Counted from the stretch's first letter, positions 15,611 through 25,500 are shown. The stretch: DNA of 64,000 nucleotides from Vicinamibacterales bacterium (GCA_965249175.1 OZ252227.1:6320043-6384042); one strand, 5' to 3'. Numbers and translations: made by a program. The notes: a model not told the origin generated them from the letters alone.

Positions 15611-17086
15611 CTAGCAGCCCGTGGTGAAAGTCCCTATTAGGGATCGACACGATCGATCCCGCGTACTACACTGTCGCGCATGGCGATGGGCAAACGACGA
15701 CGCCGGGCGCGGCAAGCATCGATGTGGGTTCCCACCAGCGACCTGCCTCGCAGTGCGGCGCATCCGTTCTATCAGCGATTGAATCGGATCCTCGATGACA
15801 CGGGCTTCGACGCGTTCGTCGAGGCGCAATGCGCGCCGTTCTACGCGGACGGCGTCGGTCGTCCGAGTCTGGCGCCGGGGCGGTACTTCCGGCTGCTGAT
15901 GCTCGGCTACTTCGAAGGGCTGGACTCGGAGCGGGCGATCGCGTGGCGGGCGGCCGATTCGCTGAGCATCCGGCAGTTTCTGGACCTCGAGCTGCACGAG
16001 GCGCCGCCGGATCACTCGACGCTGTCGCGCACCCGGCGCCTGATCGACGTCGAGACCCATCAAGCGGTGTTCACGTGGGTGCTGCAGCAACTGGCCGACG
16101 CCCAGCTCGTGACCGGGCGGACCCTCGGCATCGATGCCACGACGTTGGAAGCGAACGCCGCATTGCGGAGTATCGTGCGCCGGGACACGGGCGAAGGCTA
16201 CGAGGCGTTTCTGACCGGGCTGGCCGAGGCGTCCGGCATCGTCACGCCGACCCGCGCTGAGCTGGCCCGGTTCGACCGGAAACGGAAGAAGAAAGGCTCC
16301 AACGACGACTGGACGCATCCGCAGGATCCGGACGCGAAGATCACGAAGCTGAAGGACGGGCGCACGCACTTGGCGCACACCGCGGAGCATGCGGTGGACC
16401 TGGAGACGGGGGCCATCGTCGGCGTCACCGTGCAGGATGCCGACGACGGCGATACGACGACGATGGTCGAGACCCTGATCACGGCGGCCGACCACGTCGA
16501 AGCCGTCCTGCCGGCCGGCGCCGGTATCGCCGAGGTCGTCGGGGACAAGGGGTATCACAGTAACGAGACGATGGTGGCGTTCGCCGCGCTCGGCGTGCGC
16601 AGTTATGTTTCGGAGCCGGACCGCGGGCGACGCAACTGGACAGGCAAGGCGGCGGCGCGCGACGCCGTGTACGCGAACCGTCGGCGCATTCGGGGCACGC
16701 GTGGGCAACGGCTGCTGCGACGGCGGGGCGAGTTGCTCGAACGCCCCAACGCGCATCTCTACGAGACCGGGCGGCTGCGCCGGGTGCATCTGCGTGGGCA
16801 TCCCAACATCCTCAAGCGCGTGCTTGTGCACGTCTGCGGGTTCAATCTTGGGCTCCTCATGCGGCAGCTGACGGGCGTCGGCACGCCGCGGAGCCTCCAA
16901 GGCCGCGCGGTCGCCGTCTTCGAGGCCTTGATCGCTGATCTTGGCCGCCTCTGGACCCTCGTATCGCCCGCGTGGGCGCGAGATGCGCAAGATCTGCCGC
17001 ACTCGTCGTTTCTCGACCTTATGACACGGTGTCACGAACACATGCCCCTCGACCTACGAAAGGGCGTTTTCACCACGGGCTGCTAG
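15611..17086 (+). mobile_element. IS5/IS1182-superfamily insertion sequence (1476 bp including CTAG ends)
   Basis: Perfect 19-bp terminal inverted repeat CTAGCAGCCCGTGGTGAAA (15611-15629) and TTTCACCACGGGCTGCTAG (17068-17086). The palindromic CTAG at each end could equally be a 4-bp target duplication. Confidence 0.85.
15680..17086 (+). CDS. IS5/IS1182 family DDE transposase
   Basis: 468 aa. InsH-type N-terminal region (HPFYQRLNRILDDTGFDAFVEAQCAPFY..GRPSLAPGRYFRLLMLGYFEGLDSERAIAWR) and DDE region (LGIDATTLEANAA...VVGDKGYHS). The stop is the last 3 nt of the IS. Confidence 0.9.
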   Translation: MAMGKRRRRARQASMWVPTSDLPRSAAHPFYQRLNRILDDTGFDAFVEAQCAPFYADGVGRPSLAPGRYFRLLMLGYFEGLDSERAIAWRAADSLSIRQFLDLELHEAPPDHSTLSRTRRLIDVETHQAVFTWVLQQLADAQLVTGRTLGIDATTLEANAALRSIVRRDTGEGYEAFLTGLAEASGIVTPTRAELARFDRKRKKKGSNDDWTHPQDPDAKITKLKDGRTHLAHTAEHAVDLETGAIVGVTVQDADDGDTTTMVETLITAADHVEAVLPAGAGIAEVVGDKGYHSNETMVAFAALGVRSYVSEPDRGRRNWTGKAAARDAVYANRRRIRGTRGQRLLRRRGELLERPNAHLYETGRLRRVHLRGHPNILKRVLVHVCGFNLGLLMRQLTGVGTPRSLQGRAVAVFEALIADLGRLWTLVSPAWARDAQDLPHSSFLDLMTRCHEHMPLDLRKGVFTTGC

Positions 17087-17116
17087 AGCGTCGATAGAAA
17101 CGTGGAGTGCTAGAGC

Positions 17117-17350
17117 ATGGCCTCAATCGACACGTTGGCCACCTTTTTTGGCTGGTGCAGCGTCATCAACGTTGGATTTCTAGTGGGTCTGGTATTGCGC
17201 GGCATCGTTGTGAGAAAGGTCGCAGCGAAAGTCTTTGGCTTTACTATCGAGGAAGTTAAAGCAGCGTACATGAACGCTATCATGCAATACCGCAACGCAA
17301 CACTCGTGCTCAGCGTAACTCCATATATCGCGCTAAGAATCATGACGTGA
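17117..17350 (+). CDS. small membrane protein, DUF6868-like
   Basis: 77 aa. FFGWCSVINVGFLV...VTPYIALRIM resembles my recollection of DUF6868. The DNA here is visibly more AT-rich. Confidence 0.5.
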   Translation: MASIDTLATFFGWCSVINVGFLVGLVLRGIVVRKVAAKVFGFTIEEVKAAYMNAIMQYRNATLVLSVTPYIALRIMT

Positions 17351-17949
17351 TCACGAGTGCTCGCGTGATCGTCCTTGACGTTGGCGGCTTCCTGGTCAAG
17401 CTGGGCGGCATGAATCAGTTCGTCGAGTGGACGGGACAGAGTCCGGAGGAGATCAAATCACGCTGGCTCGCGTCGCCGACGGTGCGGGACTTCGAATCGG
17501 GACGCCAGTCCTTCCATGCATTCGCTCCGGCCGTGATTCGCGAGTTCGCACTACCCATTGAGCCCGAGGAGCTTCGACAGGAAATGCACTCCTGGAACGG
17601 GGAACTATTCGATGGGGCGCGCGAACTGGTCGCTGAGGCAGGCCGGCGGCATCGTGTGGCGTGCTTGTGCAACTCGAACCACATTCAGTGGCCACGGGTT
17701 CGAGACGAGCTCGGTCTGGGGCAGTGGTTCGCCGACCAGTTTGTGTCCCATGAGGTTGGACTCGCGAAGCCCCAGGCAGAAATCTACCAGCACGTCGCCG
17801 GCGAGCTTGGTGTGCCGCCGCAAGAGATCGCGTTCTTTGATGACAGTCGCCCGAATGTGGAAGGGGCGATCAACGCGGGCTGGAGCGCGTATCAGGTGAG
17901 TGGCGTCGAGGAGCTTCGTGCGCAACTGGGTCGGCTTGCTGTGCTGTGA
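17347..17949 (+). CDS. HAD-superfamily hydrolase (subfamily IA-like)
   Basis: 200 aa. GTG overlaps the previous stop (GTGA). Motif I VIVLDVGGFLV and motif IV FFDDSRPNVEGAINAGW. Confidence 0.75.
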   Translation: MITSARVIVLDVGGFLVKLGGMNQFVEWTGQSPEEIKSRWLASPTVRDFESGRQSFHAFAPAVIREFALPIEPEELRQEMHSWNGELFDGARELVAEAGRRHRVACLCNSNHIQWPRVRDELGLGQWFADQFVSHEVGLAKPQAEIYQHVAGELGVPPQEIAFFDDSRPNVEGAINAGWSAYQVSGVEELRAQLGRLAVL

Positions 17950-18012
17950 AGAGTGCCCGTGTTCCTTCGACGCTGAGTTAAGGGGAAGGCGAGACCTCTA
18001 CAGGGGGGTGAA

Positions 18013-18312
18013 GTGATGTTCGCAAAAGGCATGTTCGAAGTAGACCTAACACCACAAGACGATGCAGGTGCCCCCGCGGGAAGGATGGTCATAGACAAAA
18101 CGTACCGGGGAGACATGAGCGGCTCCGGTATCGGTCAAATGATTAGCAAGAGAACCGACAGCGGAGCAGCGGTGTACTACGCGATCGAGGAATTCTCCGG
18201 CTCGGTGAACGGCAAGAGCGGTGCTTTTACGCTGGTCCACAAGGGCCAAATGAGCAAGGAGTCTCAGTCGCTAGACGTAGCCATTCTCGAAGGTTCCGGG
18301 AGGGTGAGCTAA
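18013..18312 (+). pseudogene. DUF3224 protein, 5' part, interrupted by IS256 copy B
   Basis: MFAKGMFEVDLTPQ...GRMVIDKTYRGDMSGSGIGQMIS...GAFTLVHKGQM...ILEGSG, then a premature stop next to the IS end. Confidence 0.7.
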
Positions 18313-19717
18313 TCTTAGTTGAAAATTGAAACGGCTCCAGACCCTGTGGTGTGATGACGTTGCAAAAGACGGACATCACCCCACGAGAGAGAGGAGCCAC
18401 GATGAGTGGCCTACGTGCTGTCAGGAAGCGCAAGAAAGTTCGCAAGCTGGGCTCGGTCAACATCATTCACCGCGAGGCCTACGCGGATCTGGAGCTGGAC
18501 GCGAAGGTGGAGCTGATCCGCTCGCTGGTGCCCCTGGGCCTGATGCATGTGCAGGAGTTGCTCGACCAGGAGGTGACGGCGCTGGCGAGCGAGCGCTACG
18601 TCCGGAAGGACGCGTCGGTCGGTGGACGCCGTCACGGCAGTAACCCTGGGACGGTGGGTCTCGCGGGGCAGCGCGTGCCGATTCGCGTGCCCCGGATTCG
18701 TCGCCTCGCAGGGAGCGAGATTCCGCTGCGGTCGTATGAGGCGTTGCATGACGACCGCGAGGTGGACGACGCGCTGCTGCGACGGGTGCTCTACGGGATC
18801 TCGTGCCGCAACTACGCGGCGGCCGCGGCGGCGATTCCCGGGGCGATCGGGCTGTCGAGTTCGACGGTGTCCCGGGGGTTCATCCAGGCCAGCGCGGCGC
18901 AGCTACGGGCGTTCCAGGAGCGGGACCTATCCGATGAGGACGTGGTGGCCGTGTTCCTGGACGGCAAGACGTTCGCTGACGCGACGATGGTCATCGCGCT
19001 AGGCATCACGCTGTCTGGGGAGAAACGCTTCCTGGGCTTCGTCGAAACGGACACGGAGAACGCGACGGTGCTCACACCGTTCCTGCGGTCGTTGGTCGAG
19101 CGGGGCCTCGACCTCTCCCAGGGTGTGCTGGTCATCCTCGATGGCGGCAAGGGGCTCCGCACGGCCGTCCGGAAGGCCTTCCGGGGCCGGGCCCTGGTCC
19201 AACGGTGCCAGTGGCACAAGCGCGAGAACGTGGTGAGCTACCTGGCCAAGCACGAGCAGGCGGTGTGGCGTCAGCGTCTCCAGCGAGCGTACAACCGGCC
19301 GGACTACGACGAGGCCCTCGGTGCGCTCGAGACGCTCCACGGCGAGTTGGACGAGCGGAACCAGTCGGCGGCTGACAGCTTGGCGGAAGGCCTGGACGAA
19401 ACCCTGACGTTACATCGATTGGGCGTGTACGGAGTGCTGGGCCGGTCGCTGAAGACGACGAACTGTCTGGAGTCGGTCAATGCGCTGGTCGAGGAACGCT
19501 GCGCGAAGGTAGATCACTGGCAGAGCTCGAGCCAACGCCACCGCTGGCTGGCGACCGCCCTCCTGGACATCGAACCGCGCTTACGAAGGGTGAGGGGCTA
19601 CCGCCACCTTCCCACGCTTCGGGCCGCATTGAAGCGAGAACTGAAGATCGACACGACGACGTCGAAGAAGCAGGCCGCGTAAGCCATCGGGAGCCGTGGA
19701 GAGTTTCAACTAAGAAT
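18311..19717 (+). mobile_element. IS256-family insertion sequence, copy B (unrelated in sequence to copy A)
   Basis: Terminal inverted repeats AATCTTAGTTGAAAATTGAAACGGCTCC (18311-) and GGAGCCGTGGAGAGTTTCAACTAAGAAT (-19717). Confidence 0.85.
18351..19682 (+). CDS. IS256 family (mutator-type) transposase
   Basis: 443 aa. VFLDGKTFADATMVIALGITLSGEKRFLGF...LDGGKGLRTAVRKAF...CQWHKRENVVSYL. Confidence 0.9.
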   Translation: MMTLQKTDITPRERGATMSGLRAVRKRKKVRKLGSVNIIHREAYADLELDAKVELIRSLVPLGLMHVQELLDQEVTALASERYVRKDASVGGRRHGSNPGTVGLAGQRVPIRVPRIRRLAGSEIPLRSYEALHDDREVDDALLRRVLYGISCRNYAAAAAAIPGAIGLSSSTVSRGFIQASAAQLRAFQERDLSDEDVVAVFLDGKTFADATMVIALGITLSGEKRFLGFVETDTENATVLTPFLRSLVERGLDLSQGVLVILDGGKGLRTAVRKAFRGRALVQRCQWHKRENVVSYLAKHEQAVWRQRLQRAYNRPDYDEALGALETLHGELDERNQSAADSLAEGLDETLTLHRLGVYGVLGRSLKTTNCLESVNALVEERCAKVDHWQSSSQRHRWLATALLDIEPRLRRVRGYRHLPTLRAALKRELKIDTTTSKKQAA

Positions 19718-19728
19718 GGGCTTGACTC

Positions 19729-19824
19729 GGTTCCGGGAGCGGTGAGCTCGAGAGTATCTCCGGTTCGATGGTTATCGTTCAAGATGCGAACGGCCACATA
19801 TATGAGCTGACGTACGAACTGTAG
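19729..19824 (+). pseudogene. DUF3224 protein, 3' part
   Basis: My own translation GSGSGELESISGSMVIVQDANGHIYELTYEL*, the expected C-terminus of DUF3224. Confidence 0.6.
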
Positions 19825-19908
19825 ACACATATCAACCAGACCGTGGTCTCGACCGACGGGGGACGGTGACATGCCTCGCACCGGAGTTCGGACGCTGGCC
19901 AGCCTGAT

Positions 19909-20541
19909 TCACCTCGGGCTGCTGCGAGGGAACGGCGTCGAACGGTGCGGAGTGGCGAACTCATCAAGCCCGTTTGCCTCGAATGCGGCGTCGAGCGCGA
20001 ACCGACCATCGGCCCAGACGACTCGCAGAACGTCTGGATTACGAAGAGCGGCGGTCGGCACATTGCCGAACGAATCGTCGAGGGAATGAAGAAACAGGCC
20101 GATGACGTTGCCGTGTGAACACACTGCTGCGCGAGACCAGTGAGCGCTGCTGCACGTCCCGGTGAGGCCGCTGACCATTCGGTCCTGCGCGTCGCGCGAC
20201 GTCTCGCACGTCGGTAGCGCGTAATCGAAATCCTCCCAGGAGAGGTTCCACACCTCGCGGAAGTTGTCGATGAGACCGGGAGCGAGACGGCGCTCACGCA
20301 GCGATGGATCGAGGCTGACGGCCAAGCCGCGGGCCGTCGCGAACGGCTGAATCGTGCTGACACAGCGGCGATACGGACTCGAGTAGACAGCCTCGATCCT
20401 GTACAGCGCGAGGACGTTCACGAGCCGTTCTGCCTGCCTGGCGCCGACGTCACTCAGCGGCCAGTCTTGGTCGTCAACGGCTGCCGACGGCTGACTCTGC
20501 GCGTGGCGTACGAGATAGATTTCCTTCACGTGGACCGCCAT
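19909..20541 (-). CDS. histidine phosphatase (phosphoglycerate mutase-like) family protein
   Basis: Start trimmed to MAVHVKEIYLVRHAQS (ATG at 20541). Motifs RHAQS, SSPYRRCVST, SHGNVIG. Confidence 0.75.
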   Translation of the reverse strand: MAVHVKEIYLVRHAQSQPSAAVDDQDWPLSDVGARQAERLVNVLALYRIEAVYSSPYRRCVSTIQPFATARGLAVSLDPSLRERRLAPGLIDNFREVWNLSWEDFDYALPTCETSRDAQDRMVSGLTGTCSSAHWSRAAVCSHGNVIGLFLHSLDDSFGNVPTAALRNPDVLRVVWADGRFALDAAFEANGLDEFATPHRSTPFPRSSPR

Positions 20542-20552
20542 CCCACAGGGCG

Positions 20553-21293
20553 TTACGTCGACATGACTCGGTTGAATCGTCGCAGCAGGAGGGCCAGGAC
20601 GAGCGCCTGATAGCCGAGACCAATGGCGACGACGAGCCAAATGCCCCCCTCGCCTGCGTCCAGCATCCAGAAGAGCTTCGCAGGCCAGTAGGTCGGCACG
20701 AGACCGAACGCCCATTGCCAGTCGGGCGATGCGAAGTACGCGAACCCCGGCGGCCACATCACGACCCCCATCGCTTTCCCGAGTGCGAAGCCTTGCACTT
20801 TGTTGTTCGCGAACGCGCCGAGGAAGAGCGCGAAGAGCGGCGCTTGCGGCGCCGCCACCAGTGCGACGAGCAGCACCTCGCCGAACCCGAGCGGGACGAC
20901 GCCGGTGAACGGGACAAACAGCACGACCAGGACCGCGCTCAACACCATGGGGAGCGTGGTGCGGTAGACGAGGTAGCCGTTGAGTGTCAGCGGCGTGACT
21001 CGGAGCGCGGTCAGCGTGCGGTCATCGCGCTGGTCGAGCAGCAGGAAGCCGATCACGGCTCCGGTGATCGCCGGGACGGCCAGGACGAGGAAACTCATCA
21101 CCAGCGTGTAGTACGTGGTCAGGTCGAAATCGAACCGTCCTTCGACCCAGACCGATAACGGCGGCAGCCCCCAACGCACCAGCATCGCGAGGACCGCAAC
21201 GTAGAGGGCCAAGAACCGCAGCATCGCGTCGCGGTGCACGCTCTTGACGTCGATGGGGCCCAACGCCCGGAACACGTGGGTGGCGGTCAGCAT
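20553..21293 (-). CDS. ABC-2 type exporter permease
   Basis: 246-aa polytopic membrane protein, last gene of a three-gene minus-strand operon with the ATPase. Confidence 0.6.
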   Translation of the reverse strand: MLTATHVFRALGPIDVKSVHRDAMLRFLALYVAVLAMLVRWGLPPLSVWVEGRFDFDLTTYYTLVMSFLVLAVPAITGAVIGFLLLDQRDDRTLTALRVTPLTLNGYLVYRTTLPMVLSAVLVVLFVPFTGVVPLGFGEVLLVALVAAPQAPLFALFLGAFANNKVQGFALGKAMGVVMWPPGFAYFASPDWQWAFGLVPTYWPAKLFWMLDAGEGGIWLVVAIGLGYQALVLALLLRRFNRVMST

Positions 21294-21302
21294 GACTAAC
21301 TC

Positions 21303-22019
21303 CTAAACCCCTTCAGCCGCGACCACGAATCGTCCGAACGCCCGCTGACACCACCAGAACAGCACGCCAAGGGCCAATCCCGAGTACACCACCCCGTAGA
21401 TCCACTCCCATGCCGCCAGCGGCTGGAAGGCGCCGCGAATGAGAACGAGCGGGGCCTGCATAGGATGCAGATACATCGGCCAGCCGTCCCAGATACCGAA
21501 GTAATGGATGAGCGGAATCTGGAGGACGGCGACATAGAGCGCGGAAGGCAGCAAGTACTCGTTGATCGAGTCGTAGCGCGCCACCGACAGGAAGCCGCAG
21601 AGCGAGTAGAGGACGGATGCGACGGAGACCCCGGCGACCAACGCCAGCGGGTTGACGTCCCATCCGAGTACCGAGCCGACGAGCACGACGTGCTCGACGA
21701 GCGAGAGCGCTGCGAGGGTCACGATCTTGGACGCCAGATACTCCCGATCGCCAAGCGGCGTGACGACCTGCGCGTGCAGCGTGCCCTCGCCCTTCTCGAG
21801 AAGCACCAGGCCACCGATGAAGTAGAAGCTGACCATCGAAAGGTTGCCGAGGATGACCGCCGGCAGAACGAACCCCCAATCCACCACCGCCGGTAACTGC
21901 GTGAGCACGACGAACCAGCACGCGAGGAAGAAGGCGACGGCGTAATAGAAGCCGTTGCGTAGCTGGAGCTGCGTGTCGAGTCGAGCCGTGGCCAGCAGTC
22001 TGGAGCGTGCGCCGGTCAT
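21303..22019 (-). CDS. ABC-2 type exporter permease
   Basis: Start trimmed to MTGARSRLLATARLDTQLQLRNGFYY (ATG at 22019, 1 nt from the ATPase stop). Six hydrophobic segments. Confidence 0.6.
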   Translation of the reverse strand: MTGARSRLLATARLDTQLQLRNGFYYAVAFFLACWFVVLTQLPAVVDWGFVLPAVILGNLSMVSFYFIGGLVLLEKGEGTLHAQVVTPLGDREYLASKIVTLAALSLVEHVVLVGSVLGWDVNPLALVAGVSVASVLYSLCGFLSVARYDSINEYLLPSALYVAVLQIPLIHYFGIWDGWPMYLHPMQAPLVLIRGAFQPLAAWEWIYGVVYSGLALGVLFWWCQRAFGRFVVAAEGV

Positions 22020-22020
22020 C

Positions 22021-22920
22021 TCATCGCAGCTTCCGCCCGGTGACCCGGATGAAGACGTCCTCGAGCGTCGCCTCCTTGGTGTGGAGGGTTTGAATCGCCC
22101 CGCCGCGAAGCAGCGCGAGGAAATCGGCACTCTTGCCGAGGCCGAGGAGGGGAAACTCACGAAGCTCGGTGCGTCCGTCGATCCCGTATTCGACCTGGAT
22201 GGTCCGCTCTCCGTGAGCAAGCTTCAGCTCGCGCGGCGACTCGATCAGCCGGATCTCGCCGTCGACGATAAAGGCCACGCGGTCGCACAGCTCGTCGGCG
22301 ACGGTCATGTCGTGCGTGGTGAGAAACACCGTGCGCCCGTCGCGTTGTTGCGCCCGAATGAGGTCCTTTATCCGGCGGGCGCTGACGGGATCGAGCCCGG
22401 CCGTCGGCTCGTCCATGAAGATCAGCCCCGGGTTATTGAGTAACGCCCGTGCCACGCCGAGCCGTGTCTTCATCCCCTTGGAATACTGCGAGACCAACCG
22501 CGCGCCGTCGTCCTCGAGGCCGACCAGATCGAGCAGCGCGTCGGGCGCCTGGGTCTCGTCGCGGTAGAGCGCCCGGAAGTAGGAAAGGTTTTCCAGGCCT
22601 GTCAGCTTCAGATAGTGGTTCGGCAGCTCGAACGAGACACCCACCCGCTCGTAGTAGTCCGCGCCCCAGGTCCTGAGGTCCTGACCAAACACGGAGACGT
22701 TGCCGCCGTAACCCGTGAGCAGGCGAATCAGGACATTCTGCGTGGTCGATTTGCCGGCGCCGCTCGGGCCAAGGAAGCCAAACACCTCGCCCCGGTCGAT
22801 ACGGAACGACAGATTGCGCACCGCTGGCGCGGCGGCGGCCCGATACGTGAACGTGAGTCGGTCGACGGCGACAACAGGAGTCGCGTCGGCACCAGTCGGA
22901 TGCGGCGCGTTTTTCGCCAC
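22021..22920 (-). CDS. ABC transporter ATP-binding protein (ABC-2 / drug-export type)
   Basis: Walker A GPSGAGKST, signature YSKGMKTRLGVA, Walker B LIFMDEPTAGLD. Start provisionally placed at GTG 22920; the longer track ORF would overlap the divergent gene. Confidence 0.85.
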   Translation of the reverse strand: MAKNAPHPTGADATPVVAVDRLTFTYRAAAAPAVRNLSFRIDRGEVFGFLGPSGAGKSTTQNVLIRLLTGYGGNVSVFGQDLRTWGADYYERVGVSFELPNHYLKLTGLENLSYFRALYRDETQAPDALLDLVGLEDDGARLVSQYSKGMKTRLGVARALLNNPGLIFMDEPTAGLDPVSARRIKDLIRAQQRDGRTVFLTTHDMTVADELCDRVAFIVDGEIRLIESPRELKLAHGERTIQVEYGIDGRTELREFPLLGLGKSADFLALLRGGAIQTLHTKEATLEDVFIRVTGRKLR

Positions 22921-23026
22921 GGGCCCGACTGTAGTGCAGAACCGAGTATCTTGTCCCTTGACGGTCTGGGCAGGGTAAGATTTGGAGGTATTTTTCTGAG
23001 GTTTTGGCTCAGTGGAGGGTCGACGC

Positions 23027-25477
23027 ATGCGCACGGGTCGGCATGTACTGGTTGTCGGGCTCTTGGCAACCACCGCGCTTTTTGGGACCGCTCCCGCGTC
23101 CGCGGGCCAGCAGACGACGGTCGATCCGGCGTCCGCACAGGCGCTGCTCAGCCGGTACTGCATCACCTGTCATAGCGAGCGCCTCAAGACGGGCGGGCTG
23201 TCTCTCGAAGCGGTTGATATCGCCAGCGCCGGCGACCATGCCGCGGTCTTCGAGAATGTCGTCCGCAAGGTGCGTGGCGGCGTCATGCCGCCCGTTGGTC
23301 GACCACGCCCCGATGATTCGACGCTGGACGGGTTCGCGACGTGGCTCGAGACCGAGCTCGACGGAGCCTGGGCCTTGGCCCGAGACCCCGGTCGCACGCA
23401 GACCTTCCATCGACTCAACCGAGCGGAGTATCGGAACGCCATCCGCGATCTGCTGGCGCTCGACCTCGAGATCGTCGACTTCCTCCCCGCCGACGACGCC
23501 AGCTACGGCTTCGACAATATCGCCGGCATTCTGAGGATGTCGCAGTCGCTGATGGAGCGGTATCTCTCGGCGGCTCGGACGATCAGCCGGATGGCCGTGG
23601 GGAATCCACCGCCTGCCGTCGACTCGGCCACGTACAGGGTCGCCCAGGATATGCAGCAGCAGCATCAGCGCGAGGAGCTGCCGTTCGGCACGCGTGGCGG
23701 GCTGCTGGTCGAGCATTACTTTCCGCAGGACGCCGAGTATGTCTTCAGCGTGGAAGTTTCGGGAGACAGAAACCTCACGGAGCCCCATCATCTGGAGCTG
23801 ACCGTGGACGGCGAGCAAGTACGACTGTTCACGCTGCCGCAACCAGAGCCAGAGCCGGACGCAGAGCCACAGCCGGCGGCGCGCGTCCAAACGAACACAA
23901 CCGCTGTCGTCTACGCCGCCGACGGGAAGTACGCGGTGCGTGTTTCGGTCGGCGCGGGTCCTCGCGATGTTGGCGCGACGTTTTACAAGAAGCCGACACC
24001 GCTTGTCGAGCAGGTCAGGGAAGTGTTCGAGAACCCACGCATCTCGGGGAATCCCGGCCTGGGTGGGCGGATGCCGACCGTCACCAGCGTGTCGATCGCG
24101 GGGCCCTACGACGCGGTGGGTGCGGGTGAGACGCCGAGCCGCCAGCAGGTGTTCGTCTGCCGTCCGTCGACCGAGGCCGACGAAACGCCGTGCGCGAGGA
24201 CGATCGTGGCGAGGTTGGCGCGGCGCGCCTACCGTGGATACGTCCTGGACGAGGATGTCGACGTATTGCTCGACTTCTACGAGGCAGGTCGGGCGGATGG
24301 CGGCAGCTTCGAAGACGGAATCGAGCTGGCGCTCCGGCGGCTGCTCGTCAGTCCCGAATTCCTCTACCGCATCGAGGCTGACGCGCGTGATGCCGACGCG
24401 TACGCCGCCGCCTCCGGTGTGTACCGGCTGAGCGATCTGGCGCTGGCGTCTCGACTGTCGTTCTTTCTCTGGAGCAGCATCCCCGACGAGGCGCTGCTCG
24501 CCGTTGCGGAGGAGGGACGCTTGACGGATCCCGACGAGCTGGATCGTCAGGTGACACGCATGCTGGCCGACCCGCGGTCGGTGGCCCTGACAGACAACTT
24601 CGCCGGTCAGTGGTTGCAGCTGCGGAACCTGGAAACGGTCGTCCGGCCTGGCGACCCCTACTCGCTCGTGTTCGACGAATCGCTCCGCCAGGGCATGCTG
24701 CGTGAGACCGAGCTCTTCATCGACAGCATCATCCGCGACGACCGGAGCCTCGTCGAGATCCTCACGGCCGACTACACGTATCTGAACGAGAGGCTGGCCC
24801 GGCACTACGACATCCCGCATGTGAGGGGCAGCCAGTTTCGACGCGTGGCCCTACCCGCCGAGAGCCCGCGCCGCGGCCTCCTGGGACATGGCAGCGTGCT
24901 GACGATCACGTCCCACGCGATTCGGACCTCGCCGGTCAACCGTGGGAAATGGATTCTGGACAACGTCCTGGGGACACCGCCGCCCGACCCGCCGCCGAAC
25001 ATCCCGGCGCTCGATGACAAGCGGACGCAGCAAAAGGTCGCCACGTTGCGCGAGCGGATGTCCGAGCACCGGGCGAATCCCGTGTGTGCCAGCTGCCACA
25101 ACGTGATCGACCCGGCGGGGTTCGCGCTCGAGAACTTCGATGCGGTCGGCCGGTGGCGCACCGTCGACGAATCGTTCAATCCGATCGACGCATCCGGCTC
25201 GCTCCCTGACGGCACGCCGTTCGATGGGGTCGTCGACCTCACCGGTGCGCTCGTGCAGCGGCCCGAGCGGTTCGTGACCACTGTGACCGAGAAGTTGCTG
25301 ATCTACGCCCTGGGCCGAGGCGTCGAGTACTACGATATGCCAGCCCTGCGGGGGATCGTGAGAGAGGCCGCCGCGACCAATTACTCGTCGCACGCGATCG
25401 TGCGCGGTATTGTGAGGAGTTATCCGTTTTTGAATCGGAGAAGCGCAGCCGACGACCTCGGGTCCGCCGCTCCGTGA
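23027..25477 (+). CDS. DUF1592/DUF1588/DUF1585-family protein with an N-terminal c-type heme motif (copy 1)
   Basis: Signal peptide, then LLSRYCITCHSERLKTGGLSLE (CxxCH). Family hallmarks FHRLNRAEYRNAIRDLL, SRLSFFLWSSIPD, DNFAGQWLQLRNL, ADYTYLNERLARHY, SPVNRGKWILDNVLGTPPPDPPPN, CASCHNVIDPAGFALENFD. Confidence 0.8.
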   Translation: MRTGRHVLVVGLLATTALFGTAPASAGQQTTVDPASAQALLSRYCITCHSERLKTGGLSLEAVDIASAGDHAAVFENVVRKVRGGVMPPVGRPRPDDSTLDGFATWLETELDGAWALARDPGRTQTFHRLNRAEYRNAIRDLLALDLEIVDFLPADDASYGFDNIAGILRMSQSLMERYLSAARTISRMAVGNPPPAVDSATYRVAQDMQQQHQREELPFGTRGGLLVEHYFPQDAEYVFSVEVSGDRNLTEPHHLELTVDGEQVRLFTLPQPEPEPDAEPQPAARVQTNTTAVVYAADGKYAVRVSVGAGPRDVGATFYKKPTPLVEQVREVFENPRISGNPGLGGRMPTVTSVSIAGPYDAVGAGETPSRQQVFVCRPSTEADETPCARTIVARLARRAYRGYVLDEDVDVLLDFYEAGRADGGSFEDGIELALRRLLVSPEFLYRIEADARDADAYAAASGVYRLSDLALASRLSFFLWSSIPDEALLAVAEEGRLTDPDELDRQVTRMLADPRSVALTDNFAGQWLQLRNLETVVRPGDPYSLVFDESLRQGMLRETELFIDSIIRDDRSLVEILTADYTYLNERLARHYDIPHVRGSQFRRVALPAESPRRGLLGHGSVLTITSHAIRTSPVNRGKWILDNVLGTPPPDPPPNIPALDDKRTQQKVATLRERMSEHRANPVCASCHNVIDPAGFALENFDAVGRWRTVDESFNPIDASGSLPDGTPFDGVVDLTGALVQRPERFVTTVTEKLLIYALGRGVEYYDMPALRGIVREAAATNYSSHAIVRGIVRSYPFLNRRSAADDLGSAAP

Positions 25478-25500
25478 CCCTGCCTGCGAGAGAGGACACC

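Noticed and set aside
15611-19717. Composite transposon formed by the IS5-like element and IS256 copy B around the AT-richer patch
   Set aside because: The two IS elements belong to different families with unrelated ends, so they cannot mobilise the intervening DNA as a composite transposon.
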